Shown piece after piece: positions 11,821-25,173 of a stretch of 64,000 bases of DNA. Under the pieces are notes generated by a model, which saw only the letters and a program-made list of their open reading frames with translations, was not told the origin of the DNA and ran no database searches. Position numbers and translations under genes: made by a program. The stretch spans positions 8,048 to 72,047 of the forward strand of contig NMRA01000764.1 in assembly GCA_002633005.1 (NCBI GenBank), read 5' to 3'. The stretch is from Phoronis australis. Its lineage: Eukaryota; Animalia; Phoronida. How positions within the stretch are numbered: the stretch's first letter is position 1; every line of letters begins with the position of its first letter.

Positions 11821-13509
11821 ACAAGAGCAACCCGGAGCATTGAAATGGGCCCACGAATGCAACACAAATGGTGTGCTTTTAGGGTTGCTTATTTGTGTCA
11901 TAAAATGGACACTAGGTGGCGCAAAAACATAAAATCCGTCCGAAAATGGGAACATGTCATTGCTTCTTTAATAGAAAGCTATACACCAAATTTCATAGAA
12001 ATCCGTCACGGGACTTCAGAGAAACAAAGGAAAACAGAATAAAATGAAATTGCCACTAGGGGGCACAGTGTTCATTGGATACGCCTGAAAGTCGTCATTG
12101 TCTGTTGTTCGCTTCATATACACTTACTAAATTTAATAAAGATCTTCCAGTGGGTTTAGGAGATATAACTATGGATGCAAAACAAAACAAAACTACCACT
12201 TGGAGGCGCCAGAGTAGTCAAAGTCGTCATCAACTGTCCTCTTCACACTGAGAACATAATTATATGCCAATTCTCAAAACCATCCTTAGAATGATTTGGT
12301 TGATAGAGGTAGACGCCAAAATACAAGACTCGAAAACAGCAAAAACGGCCACTAGGTGGCACAAAATACCTTGATTCCATCCAAAAATGGGAGGATAGTG
12401 TAACCTCACCAATAGATGCCCGTATTCAAAATTTTATGAAAATTTGTTGAGCACCTTTGAAGATACCGAGGTAAACATAAAACTAAAATTGTCACCAGGG
12501 GGCATACCAGTGGTCAGATCCATCCCAAAATCATCATTGGTTGTCAACATCATATAAACACACTTCTTAAATTTAGTTAAGGTTCTACAAAGGGTTTAGG
12601 AGATACAGGCGCCACGGTAGTTGAAGTCATCGGAAAATCACTGTCAGCCGTCCACTTCATAATTATCCTGAAAGCGGTAATTGGTTGATGAAGGGGTAGA
12701 CGCCAAAAAATGGCCACTAGGTGGCACAAACTACGCCGAATCCATGTGGAAATGGAAAGATAGCGTCACCTCACTAACAGAAGCCTGTACGCCAAATTTT
12801 ATGAAAATACGTCGAGGACCTTTGAAGATACAGAGAAAAAACGTAAAAAATTAACATTGCCACTTGGTGGCACACTAGTTCTCAGATCTGTCCGAAAGTC
12901 GTAGTCGTCCATTGTCAACATCATATAAATGCAATTACTAAATTTAGTAAAGATGCAGCAAAACTGTTTAGGAGATAAAGCCATAGGTGCAAAAAAAAAA
13001 CAAAATTGCCACTAGGAGGCGTCACAGTACTTGAAGTCGTCGGAAAATCATCGCCAACCGTCCTCTTTGTAGTAAGAACATACACGCCAATTTTCACAAT
13101 CATGTTTAGAGCGGTTTGGATGATAGAGGGGTGAATGTCAAAAAACAGACTCGAAAACAGTAAAAATGGCCACTAGGTGGCGCAAACTATTTCAAATCCA
13201 TCCAAAAATGGGAGGATATCATCGTTTCACAGACGCCTATATATCAAATTTCATGACAATAATCCGAGGACCTTTGAAGATACAGAGGTAACTGTAAAAA
13301 AATTGCCACTAGGGGGTACAGCAGTAGTCGGATCCGTCCAAAAGTTCGCTCATGCCGTCCCATCCATGAAAGAAACGTGCAAAATTTCATGAGCATACGT
13401 CAATCAGTTTAAGAGATAGAGCAGCGGATACCGGATGCCGGACAGACGCCGCTTGGACGGACGCAGATGACGGCATAATGCGTCCACATATAAATATGTG
13501 GGCACATAA
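11821..13509 (+). mobile_element. Helentron/HINE-like non-autonomous element with internal ~150-bp monomers
   Basis: 5' ACAAGAGCAA...GCCCACGAATGC; 3' GGAC/GACA-like tract, CCACATAT-AA-ATATGTGG hairpin and GTGGGCAC subterminal inverted repeat. Confidence 0.75.
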
Positions 13510-14943
13510 CAAGAGAGCAATTGTCTTCTAAAGTCAATGATTTTACACAATACAACCCAAAAGAAGGCAAAGTGACCCAGAATTCCCCTTAATGATGGCT
13601 GCATAGAAACCGAGGAGTCTTCTCTCGTGATCAAGAAGGAAGGGGAATCAAAAGTAAAGTTATAAAGATGGCCAAGCCATTCTGTAATTAGATTTCAGCT
13701 TCACTAATAGTTACATGTATCACCACTCATTTCAGCAGTAAACAGTAATCAGCCACCACCACAATAAAACGCTACATTACTTGATTACTGTGTCTTGTAC
13801 TCTATGTTAAAATTATCTTTGATGCAAACATGATTTTATCCCATCATTTCTACAATCATGCTAAATGCTGATCATATTTCTGGCAGTTGTTATCACACAG
13901 GAAAATTGCACGATGACTTAATGGTTCGGTATATATTATCACTTGAACCAATTACAATCAAGTCATTACGACTACACAATACAAATTATTCTCAGTTAAA
14001 CGAAACCTTCAGCTATCAAAATGTGATTGACAGATCTATACAATCGAGTCATTATGACTAGTCTCCATTATGACTAGTCTCCATTAACCCGGCTTATTTT
14101 CAGCTAACATAACGTGATGAATAGATGACATACAATCAAGTCATAGATTGGTCTCAATTAAGCCTACACATTTGGCTATCAAAATGCAAATGACAGATGT
14201 TATATGTGTATAAAAGCTATGACTGAGAGATCAAGTGTTCCATGACAAAACTGAAGAGTTGTTTGAAACGACCACATATTGTGTGAAGACTGTCACAAAA
14301 TGTCCTACTGTGATGGGACTTCTGTGCCATGGAGAACATCCATTTTAAACAGAAGTTGCAGAAAGTCATTGACCTGGACACCACTCCAAAATGGAACCTC
14401 TTACATTCAATAGCAAGTTTTTCTCGGTAATTTCAAGTTTGAGAGCAAATGGGTGAATGAGTGCTGTTAGGGCAACAGAAATTTCCAATCCACTTTTGTA
14501 ATTAAGCCTTAAACATCAATAAGCCCACGTTCTGTCAAAAAAGTCTGAGAGTTATAGCAGCAGTTTTTTGATATTTTTTGCATGAAGCCACACATCCAAC
14601 TTTTACTTTCATCAGAAATAAGAGACAATTTTATTATTTTTCATAAATAACAAAGAATTTCATAACCTTAACGATAAACAAATGAGCCACCATTGATGCA
14701 GCATAAAGTAACTGCAAACCCAACAAAGCACTAAGTTATCAGAAACTAATTGGCTGACAATTTGTCATAAAATTTCAGGCAAGCAAGTTTCGTCACAATA
14801 TCAGTATGTCCCAGAGAATTTTCTGAGTTTATATATACCAAGTTGAACACGTCTATAGCAGAAGAGAATGTACAAGTGTTCTTTGCAAAATGTTGTTAAT
14901 GTTCAAGTAGTAATTATCACAATCATATTTGTTCCACAACAGT

Positions 14944-15134
14944 TTAAGCCATTGAATTTAATTGTGACAACACTTCCTCTGACATTTCAAAGTCATCGAA
15001 ATCCTCCATAACTGGGGGTTTTGCTGTCTGACTCGATACTCGTCCACTAGAGGGTGTGCTGCTGGGTGTCTGTGACATCGGCCGTGATCTGACTACACTA
15101 GGAGTACCAACTTGTGAAGAAGGATTCTTCACAC
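14944..15134 (-). CDS. PRIM2: PRIM2 last coding exon (Ser/Pro-rich, acidic tail, stop)
   Basis: TTTGCAG acceptor, phase-compatible, TAA at 14944; AATAAA on - strand at 14630-14635. The 11 exons total 1418 nt and stay in frame. Confidence 0.85.
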
Positions 15135-16183
15135 CTGCAAATTAAAATTTGAGCATGTGACAATTACTTTTGTTTGGTGGGTATTAGTGGTCTTACTGGA
15201 GTGAACCTTTATTTTCTCATAGTAGAGCCTTGCTGAAGCAGTTTTCAATAGGTGGATTTCCACAGAATTTTCTCGGACTCTGCAAAAGTTCGACTTCTTG
15301 CCAGTATTTTTTGGCAGTTAGTCAAATTTCATTGATATAATTTTGATTTTGCTCATTTGACAAGTCACACGGATCCTGCATTTTGAGAACCAATTTGATG
15401 CCCATTCTCCAGTGGAGAAAACTCTCAAAATGCAAGACCCATGCATGGTTATTAATACAAAATATTGACAACCCAATTAAAGACCTTTTTAGGACATTTC
15501 TAATGCTTGCTAAATGATTTACTTCAACAATAAGATTTTCTAAACGGCAAGCTCTAAACTGTAAATATTTAGAAAGTCTGCCAAACAGTCTCACAATGTA
15601 AGAAGACAAACTCAATAATAGCCTTTGGTCACTAGCATCACTAGCGCATGCGCTCTACATGGTCTACCATGAGGATGGTTTTGCCTTCTTTTAATTTTAA
15701 GAAATGGAGATCTGCCAGTCTTGCAATACATTGATCTTGGAACTTGGAAATAATTGAACTGTCGATTTTTTCACTGTCTGAATTAAAAAAGCAATTAATG
15801 TACAAAAACATTGAATTTTGTCTTTTAACATGGCTATTTTTTACCTTGCAAACATGTTAGCGGAACCTCTCCCTCCTAAAGCATATGGTTTGTACACTCA
15901 TGGAAATGGGAATAATTGTCAACGGTATCTTATGTACATTTACATCTGTATTGAGTATTCAAGCACTAGAAGACCATCATATTGAGGTCTACCGCAGACT
16001 CAGAAAACATTCAATTATTTTTTGTAAGTATTCAACTGTAGGTTGTTGATTGAAGAAAATGTGAATTAACATGCAACTGACACAGTGAATGTGGCTAGGA
16101 GATGCAAAGGCACAAATCGTAATGATTACAACACAAAATTTTGAAACAAAATACGAGATGCCTTTATCAGTAGTAATACTAAC

Positions 16184-16322
16184 CTTGTTCTAACTTGACA
16201 CTTTCATCGTAGAAGTGGTTTGGATGCGTGACGGCCATAAAGCCATGATCAAGGCCACGGTTTACTTCAAACACTCTGGCGCAGGCCAGCTGACAGTGTC
16301 CATCTTTTACATAACTCATAAC
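16184..16322 (-). CDS. PRIM2: PRIM2 exon (HCQLACARVFE...HPNHFYDES)
   Basis: 139 nt, AG/GT; fourth Fe-S Cys and HPN motif. Confidence 0.95.
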
Positions 16323-16914
16323 CTGAGAATTAATAAGTTAAAGCAGCATTGAATGGAGAGACAGTATAGCTTTTTATGCATGCCCATATTTGTACATGGT
16401 CAAGTGTGAGCACTACCTTTATCTCTCTGTATCTGGTCTGCCTTTTGCAGCTCTATTGCCATGGAATTAGTAATGTTATGAAGGAGACAACAGATGATTA
16501 TTTTGGCATGTATCCAATGCCACTGCCCCCCCCCCTCGTGCCAATTTCTGTTTTTACATTTGCCTCTTTGGAGTTCCTCGACAGATTTTCATGAAATTCG
16601 AAAAAGATAATCTATTCAGGAGATGGTACCTTCATGTTTTTGAATGGATACGACATATTTTCATGGATATGGAATATTTTCCGTCACCTAGTGGCAATTT
16701 GTTTTACTATTTTTAAGTCTCCATAGAGGACCATTGTGGCAGCATAAAATGCTTGTGTTAAGAGATTACAGATGTAATGATGTGTCAGATGACACCCAAT
16801 TTCAGCTAGAATTAAGCGAAAAAGAATCTGCATGCAGAATTGACTGTCACGATAAGAAAACATTAGATTTCTTTTGGCTTGTACTGTTGCATGACTTTAA
16901 AACTATCCTCCCAC

Positions 16915-16997
16915 CTCATTTTGCGCTTCTTTGGATATCTTCATTGCTTGTAACTTTTGTCTCACCATCTCAGCATCACTATGGCGGAATGGACAGC
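16915..16997 (-). CDS. PRIM2: PRIM2 exon (GCPFRHSD)
   Basis: 83 nt, acceptor TTGCAG, donor GAG|GTGGGA; third Fe-S Cys. Confidence 0.93.
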
Positions 16998-18310
16998 CTG
17001 CAATCAGAATGTCAAATTGTTGTACAAATATGATAACTATACTATATCTGGTGCCTATCACTGTCGGCAGTAACTATACCATGTCCAGTGCCCAGGTCTG
17101 TAGGAATAAAATTCACACATCTTCTAACACTTTAATGCAACTGTCAAAACTCAAGTTGTCAGTTGATACAGGTGTACTTAGTTGCTACCAAATAACTTTA
17201 ATTTAAGCATTAACAAAGCTATTTTCGTAGGGATAATAAACATATACCAGTAGGTGTACTTTTGGTCTCGTGATAGACCAGGCCAGCTTATTTGTGTAGA
17301 TATTGACTCTCAGTGTACATCTAGTCCCTTGGCAAACTGGTCTTGTATATCTTTTCACCATAGCGTAGAATATGTTCTGGTTCCGTGAAAATGTTTCAGA
17401 TGATTTGTTTCCTGACACACTTGACATTTTTCAATTGTTGAGACATACAGTCAATGTCAATGTGATTGAAAATAATAAAATGATATTGACGTGTTTATTG
17501 CCGCTTTTAGTGATAGGCTATGCTCTGAAATCACCACTGTTCATCAATTTTTCTTGTAACGAGACAGAATGTGTTTATTTCCAGGCATAACAGAGCCGGT
17601 CTTCATTTTAAAAAACCCAGAGTTAGGCACACCTGACTAAAACCATACATGGAAATGATGCACTCCACTTATACTTTTGAAAATACTGTATGGTTTTGGC
17701 TCGCAGGTGCCATCCTGTACATTGTATGTCACAGGTATGGTATTTCAAAGCTTTAGAAAATAAATAGGATGTTGATAAAAGTTGGACACCAACATGACGG
17801 ACCTTGTGCAGGTGAAAATTCAAGGCAAAACCCAATTAGATTGGTGAAGTGAAATACTAGTTTCACTTACCCCAATTCGTGCCAACACAAAACAAAGTCA
17901 GCTGGCTGGGCTCCCTCAGTCAACAGCGACCTATCATTTAGTGACATACTGAGTGTCATAAGGGATTACATACTTATGTGACCAACCAGCCAGAGCATAT
18001 GGACTGAATTCAATGGGCTATTGTGTTCGCAATTAGCAAACTCCAGCCATTGGACGAGCATCATCCGATAGTGAACTTTAACCTGGATTAGGTTCCTCAT
18101 GAAAAACAATTTACACTTGGGAACAACAAAGGTCAAACACTGGCTGGTATCCTCTTCACCTTGTTTGCCATGTTTCAAAAAAATTCAAGAAGGAACTATG
18201 TAGATGCAGAGGATACACGCAAAACACTAAACTGCCACCCAAGGTCATAGCAGCCCTTTTATCTGCCTAAAAGTAGTTGTGATTAGTTACGATGTGCCAC
18301 AGAATGTTAC

Positions 18311-18434
18311 CATGCCCTTCCCCTGGTCCAACATTGCCTGTGATGATCTTCATGCAGCTGTATGGGGTGTAGTCAGTCCTCTTGCCCTCCTTGCCATAGT
18401 TGTGACGGATACCATAAGAGTACTGTTTGTCAAA
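18311..18434 (-). CDS. PRIM2: PRIM2 exon ([21 protein letters not shown])
   Basis: 124 nt, AG/GT; second Fe-S Cys. Confidence 0.97.
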
Positions 18435-18466
18435 CTGGAAGAACATAGTACTCAGCCAATGCAATC

Positions 18467-18925
18467 ATTATAAGGGTATACCCTAATCAGCCTTTTATAA
18501 GGGTATACCCTAATCAGCGCTTTATAAGGGTATAACCTAATCAGCGCTTTATAAGGGTATACCCTAATCAGTGCTTTATAAGGGTATACCCTAATCAGTG
18601 CTTTATAAGGGTATACCCTAATCAGTGCTTTATAAGGGTATACCCTAATCAGTGCTTTATAAGGGTATACCTTAATCAGCGCTTTATAAGGGTATACCCT
18701 AATCAGTGCTTTATAAGGGTATACCCTAATCAGCGCTTTATAAGGGTATACCCTAATCAGCGCTTTATAAGAGTATACCCTAATCAGTGCTTTATAAGGG
18801 TATACCCTAATCAGTGCTTTATAAGGGTATACCCTAATCAGCGCTTTATAAGGGTATACCCTAATCAGTGCTTTATAAGGGTATACCCTAATCAGTGCTT
18901 TATAAGGGTATACCCTAATCAGTGC
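18467..18925. repeat. 27-bp minisatellite, ~17 units, built of palindromes
   Basis: Unit TTATAAGGGTATACCCTAATCAG(C/T)GCT. Confidence 0.97.
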
Positions 18926-19935
18926 TAGACACAGGTGGATATGCCTGTTACAAAAAACGGTGACGGCATGTTCTGCACTCACATTTCCATATTTTCACTT
19001 ATAGAAAGTGAAAACCAAAAAATAAAAAACGCTGAACATCGAATATGAGTGAGTTCAATTTCCTGCTTGTATTTCACTCTTTCTAACATATACTTAGCTT
19101 TTGTCGAGCCCTGCTAATTACTTTTCAGGGTACACCAATGCACATTGTAACAGTTATTGATATTAAAGTTCAGAATGACCTATTTGAAAGGGAACTGTTG
19201 TATCCCTGATCTAACTCACTCATCACTAGTCAGCTCTAGTCATGGTCATGTTAAGATTCCTTGTCTCAACCAATTCATTGTGTATACCTAGCAGAATCAT
19301 TTAAAGCAGAAACAAAACGTCAAAAATTGAGATATCATGCGCGCACCCATTTGGCGAAGTGGGCAAAAAGGTCCACCTCAGAGAAACAAAAACTCTGAGA
19401 AAACAAGGCAAAAAATCCACTAAAAGATGCAGACCCGCAGTTTACAGTTTTGAAGGTAGTACCCTGTTTTTTGTTTTTTTTTTTAGTCCTGCTGATATTT
19501 TGTCAGCAAAAGGTCCACATCAACATAAATTCGAGACCCCCATATTGAAAGCTGGTTATGACTGTTACTTCACCACAGTTATGTTCTGAATATAATACGA
19601 GAAAGTCAAACAAATTAATATCATGGAAATAAGTGCAGGATATCAGGAAAATTAGGTTTTTCTTACAAATCAGGGCTTGTACTGAACAATGACAAAGGAG
19701 GAAAGGTGACAAATTAAAGTAGGTTTATGTGATAGAAATATTTAATGTGTAGCAAAATCTAAACCACAAAAAACAGTCAAAATGATCACAAAGAGACAGA
19801 ATAAGAAGAAACAAGAAATCAAAACCTAAAAAGGAGAACTCCTCTGAAAAGTACGAGCCGTGAACAATATCAACAAAACACCAATTTCAATATTTTAATG
19901 ACAAACATTGTCAACTTGATGAATAATGAATCAAT

Positions 19936-20327
19936 AGGGGCATCCCAGATTACACAGCAACACTCGAATCTTCCTGTAGTTACCCACAATGCCATAAAAC
20001 GTCCAACGGGCAAATTTTTGCCTAGTTTTCGTGCCACTGTAGTTTCACAAGTTACTTGTTGTTATCTGTATTTCTCGGTTGCAGTACTCTTACTATTCGT
20101 CCTTCCAATGCCAATGGAGTATTACTGCAGTGTTGTGGGCTACAACTCCAACGTGAAAAAGTTTAATAAACCAGAAAAATACCCGCGGATGCATGATCTG
20201 AAATTCTTCCCCTTCCCGACATCAATGAGAGACAAAAATGTGACTTATTATTTCCAAAACTAGGTCACATGCTTTTTATCTCTGATACAAAAGAGATTTC
20301 CATTGCCATGTAATCTGGGAAAGCCCT
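19936..20327 (+). mobile_element. ISL2EU-like MITE with THAP N-terminal remnant
   Basis: 25-bp TIRs (20/25 match) starting AGGG, AT on both flanks; internal MPMEYYCSVVGYN...DLKFFPFP. Confidence 0.75.
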
Positions 20328-20483
20328 ATTCACAAGAAGTGACTGAACTTTTTTAAAATCCAATTTGTAATGGACAGCACAGCGTTTAACACACCTGATG
20401 CTAAAGATGTCGTCTTAAAATCATTTTTTTAAATTAAATCACAGTTATTACACTAAACATCTCATTCACCAGTGCTGTGATAC

Positions 20484-20666
20484 CTTATCAACATCTATTG
20501 ACTTCGTAAACTCCGTCCTCCAGAAGCGCAATGCCTCCTCCAGGGATATGCCAATGCCTTTAAGGAAAAGCCCATACTGCATACGTCCACCATGTTTCAA
20601 GTGGTGGTTCTGCATCAGGTGTTGATGCAACTGCTGCATACATGGTGGGAAATGAACTTTGGACAG
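20484..20666 (-). CDS. PRIM2: PRIM2 exon (FPPCM...[19 protein letters not shown])
   Basis: 183 nt, AG/GT; first Fe-S cluster Cys and the signature motif. Confidence 0.97.
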
Positions 20667-20889
20667 CTGAAATGAGACATTCAAATGTAGAATAATACCA
20701 TGTTAAGACATACTGCAAGGTAGATACGACTCTTGACAAGAGGAATGAACCGGCTTTTAGGTACTGTGTCTGTCGTCTCACCAGTTATTTTTAATATTAA
20801 CATGCAAAGTCCAATATTCTGAATATTTATCTGCAACCACCATGGACAAGAAGAACCCAGTAATTACAAATCATGAAGACTTCTGACAA

Positions 20890-21210
20890 TGGGAAGGCAG
20901 ATCTATCATCTGATTTGGGGTGGAATGGTAAGAAGGTAGACCTGTAGTATGATTTGGGATAAAATAATAATTAAGCAGACCTGTCGTCTGATTTGGGGAG
21001 GAGTAATAAAGCAGACCAGTTGCCTGATTTCGTATGAAACTAATTAGGCAGATCTGTCCCCTTATTTGTGGCAGCACAAAAAGAAGGCAGATCTGTCGCC
21101 CGATTTGGGTGGAACGATTAGAAGGCAGACTTGTCCTCTGATTTGGGGCAGTGCAATATGAAGGCAGACCTGTCATCTGCTTTGGGGCAGAACAGTAAGA
21201 AGGCAAATCA
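20890..21210. repeat. Degenerate ~39-bp tandem repeat in a PRIM2 intron
   Basis: Recurrent GAAGGCAGA(C/T)CTGTC..CTGATTTGGGG. Confidence 0.8.
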
Positions 21211-22102
21211 GAGGTTTCACGAGCATTCACATGTGTAGATATTTTGTATTTGAAGTTCCCTGAGAAAAAAGTTATTTTGCTAGACATATGCAAAATGTAA
21301 AAAAGTTCAGTTTTTGTGATTAAGATTTGAGATATCCTTAAAAAACAGACCAAATAAGAGTAAGATTCCATGCATGTCTTATTAAACATTGTTTTGCTTC
21401 TTCCTTGTTGGGTAGGTCTGTTATAACATGTTCACTCTTTTTTAAAAGCTAAAAATTATTTTGCCTCATCTCGAGATCTCCACAACTGAAACACACATCA
21501 ATTCACAAATAAATGCATAGTCCTTAAACATGTCTTGGTTATAATCTACTGTGATTACATTTATTTCTTAAACACTATGTCTCATCAGACTTCTTTATGT
21601 AAAAGTCACAAAAAATACAGTGAGACATGATGGCTAATGCCTTATTTTGAGCTAAATCGTCCTTCCGGAATATTAAGCAAGTTTATCAATGAAGATTATC
21701 ATTCCTACAGTGGCAAAATACGATGTACCATAATCAACATTCTTGACAGGACATTTCATTGGCCACAGCCGACTTTGTCACGCTTTTGTGACACCTGTCG
21801 AAACCTCTTGATGTTGAATCAAATGTCAGAAAACTAAACATTATTTGGTCACATAAATGAAATAGGTTGAAATTCAGTCCACCTCAAGATCATTATACCT
21901 TCAACAGGTGTCGCTGAAAATAATGCCCGACAAAATTGTTCAAGTTAGCGCACCAGTAAAGCATTATCATGTTTTAAATTATTTTTTATGAGAAATAAAT
22001 GCTTAAAACCATTAACACTTTAAAGTTCATTAATCTCTGACATTTTTCAAGTAGGTAACACAAGAAAATGTGCAACATTTAGCAGACCTGAAATTTACTT
22101 AC

Positions 22103-22246
22103 ATCATTCACCATGTCTGCAGTGACTACATCGCCGTCTTTCTTCTTACTCTTATAGTCAGAGCCAAGATAACGCTGACTCATAGCACTCAAGAGTGGGA
22201 GTAGTCTTGTGTCTTCTTCCATATTTGGAAGTGCCTTAGCTGTCAA
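22103..22246 (-). CDS. PRIM2: PRIM2 exon (LTAKALPNMEEDTRLLPLL)
   Basis: 144 nt, AG/GT. Confidence 0.93.
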
Positions 22247-22713
22247 CTACAATATACAGAACAGATTTAGCTGTGCTAACTTAAAATGAAACAGTCACTA
22301 TGAGGCATGTAGGCAACCACTGTTTGCAAACTTTTTGGTAAAATGTCAGAATAAACCTCAAAAAAGTAATCCCGTCCTGAGAGAGTCAACCCCACTTCCC
22401 AAAATTTTGTTTTTCTTATGAGGGGAATGACTACAAGGCACTAGATCTTTCATATTTGAAAGCAAGGGATGATGACACCAGTCATTCACAGCCTCAGCCA
22501 ACAATGCAAAACATTGAATGGTAACAGCATTCTTGTCTGATTCATACGCAATTAAGGTAGTTTAGTGGTGGGAACAACAGCTATTGTATGGCATGTATGT
22601 ATAAGGCACAAATCATTAAACAGATCACTAGTCAGAAAAATTAAGGGAAACAATTAAAATCAGCGATTTTCAAAAGAAGAACGACACAGTCACCCAATGA
22701 CTTGACAACATAC

Positions 22714-22851
22714 CGAGAGCCCCTTAGACAGCTTCTCTCTGAACTCAGAAACAACCACGGATACAAGGTCAGTCTGAGGTACATAAGCATATCCGCCAGA
22801 CAAGTATGCTTTACGTTTACTAACGAGGTCCAAAACTTGAAGGTAATCGAT
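22714..22851 (-). CDS. PRIM2: PRIM2 exon (LDLVSKRKAYLSGGYAYVP)
   Basis: 138 nt, AG/GT; homologous to human LDLFRGRKVYLEDGFAYVP. Confidence 0.95.
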
Positions 22852-23173
22852 CTGAAATGAAACACGTCTCATGGATTTTTTTGCAATGATAATAATAATA
22901 AAAAAGAAAGATTAGGCAGCTGATATGGGAATGCCTGTGGTATTTCGATGTCATCAATGTTTTGGGAGAAAAAAATTGGGTTTACTCTGGAACAACGGCC
23001 TTCAGTAATCGTCAGGCAAGAGAAACTAGGGCTGAACGAGAGTTTTCACACACATTCAATATTTGGCAGTTAACAATTTTCTCCAGATCTCGTTTCAACT
23101 CGTCAAGTTCCAATTTTGCCCTAGAGAGTTTACGGAATTTCAAACAGCATCAGTTAAAGTTAATAATCTCAAA

Positions 23174-24890
23174 ACAAGAGCAACACCGAGCGTTGAAATG
23201 TGCACACGAATGCACCGCCAACGTTGTGCTTAAAAGGGGTGTTTATTTGTATTGTAAAAATAGCCACTAGATGGTGCAAAATATGCCAAATACATCTGAA
23301 AACTGTTGAGTGTCATCAAAGCTGTTTACCTAATTTTATAAAACGTTGCCAAGGAACTTCTGAGAATTCAAAGAAAACAGAAAAAAAAACAAGAGCAAAG
23401 CAAAGAATTGAAATGCGCTCACGAATGAACCGCAAATGGTGTGTTTACTTGAATCATAAAATGGCTACTAGATTGCACAAAATATGACAAATCCCTCTGA
23501 AAACTGATATATGTCAACAAAGTGATTTACCAAATTTCATAAAAATCTGTCGAGGAAATTCTCTGAGAAATCAATAAAAACGTAAAAAATTAAATTGCCA
23601 CTTGGATGTTATGGTCGCAAAACAAACATAATTGCCACTAGGAGGCGACCCAGCAGATGAAGTTGTCAGAAAATCATCAACAACTATCCTCTCCACACTA
23701 ACAACATGACAATTTTCACAACCATCCTTAGAGTGATTTGATTGACAGAGGGGCGGATGCCAAAGAAACTAGTAAACAGTAAAAATGGTCACCAGAAGGC
23801 GCAAAATATGACAAATCCATCCGAAAACAGGAACATGTCACCTTTTCAATAGAAAGCTATTTATCAAAGTTCATAACAAGAGCAATGCAGAGTGTTGAAA
23901 TGCGCCCACGAATTCAGTGCCAAATTTTATGAAAATCCATAGACGACCTTTTAAGATACAGAGGTAAACGTAAAGAAATAAAATTGCCATTAGGAGGCCC
24001 GATCCCTCCGAAAGTCGTCGTCATTTGTTGTCAACTTCATATAAATACACCAGCAAAATTCAATAAAGATCCTGTACAGCATTTAGGAGATACAGCCATG
24101 GGCGCAAAAACAAACAAAATTGCCGCTAGGGAAGCCATAGTAGTCGAAGTCGGAAAATCATCGTCAGCCACCCTCTTTACAGTAATTTATATGCCAATTT
24201 TCAAAATCATCCCTAGAGTGGTTTGGTTGAGAGAACAGTGGACGCCAAAAAAACAGACACGAAAACAGTAAAAATGGCCACTAGGTGGCGCAAAGTACCT
24301 CGAATCCGTCCAAAAATGAAAGGATGGCATCATCTCACTAATATATGCCTAACTGCCACATTTCATGAAAATCCGTTGAGGACCTCCAAAAGTACAGAGG
24401 TAAGCATAAGAAATTAAAATTGCCACAAGGGGACACACCAGTAGTCGGAGAGGTCTGAAATTCGTTGTCAGCTTTATGGGAACACATCTGCCAAATCTCA
24501 TCAAGATCCTGTGAGTGATTTAGAAGATCCAGTCATGGCACAAAAACAAAACTACCACTAGGAGGCGCAACAGTAGTCGAAGTCGTCAGAAAATCATCGT
24601 CAGCCACCCTCTTCACAGTAAAAACATATATGCCAAGTTTCAAAATTTTTTGAACATACGTTGAAGACCTCCGAAGATACAGAGTTGAACGTATAAAACT
24701 AAGGGTACACCAGTAGTCGGAGAGGTTCGAAATTTGTGGTCGTCCGTCATCAGCTGCATAGGAACACATCTGACAAAACTCATCAAGATCCTGTGTAGGG
24801 TTTAGGAGATTCTGCTGTGGATGCGGTATGCCCAGACAGAGAAGACGGCAATATGGGACCACGTTATACATTATTATGTAGGCGCATTAA
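23174..24890 (+). mobile_element. Helentron-like family copy with three stacked 5' ends
   Basis: ACAAGAGCAA...TTGAAATG(C/T)GC starts at ~23174, ~23389 and ~23876; degenerate 3' end GACGGCA...TATGTAGGCGCATTAA. Confidence 0.7.
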
Positions 24891-25077
24891 AGTGTGAACT
24901 GTGAGACAAAAAGTAGATCAAAAGCAGACATTTGAGTAGAAGTGTTTGTAAACAATGACCAGAGATGGCCACACCACAACTCAAACCCAGTTCTACAGTA
25001 CTCAGACCTTCATATAAATCAATTTTGCCTTACTCCGATGAAATGGTTGGATCTGCCATTTGTGAGTTCATACATAC

Positions 25078-25173
25078 CTTATAAAAATCTGTGTCTTCAA
25101 ACTTAACAGGTGTCAAACCTGGAGTTCCATCGATAAGACCATTACGCATCTCATTCTTCTCACCTTTGGAAAT
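25078..25173 (-). CDS. PRIM2: PRIM2 exon (ISKGEKNEMR...DFYK)
   Basis: 96 nt, AG/GT, phase 0/0. Confidence 0.85.
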
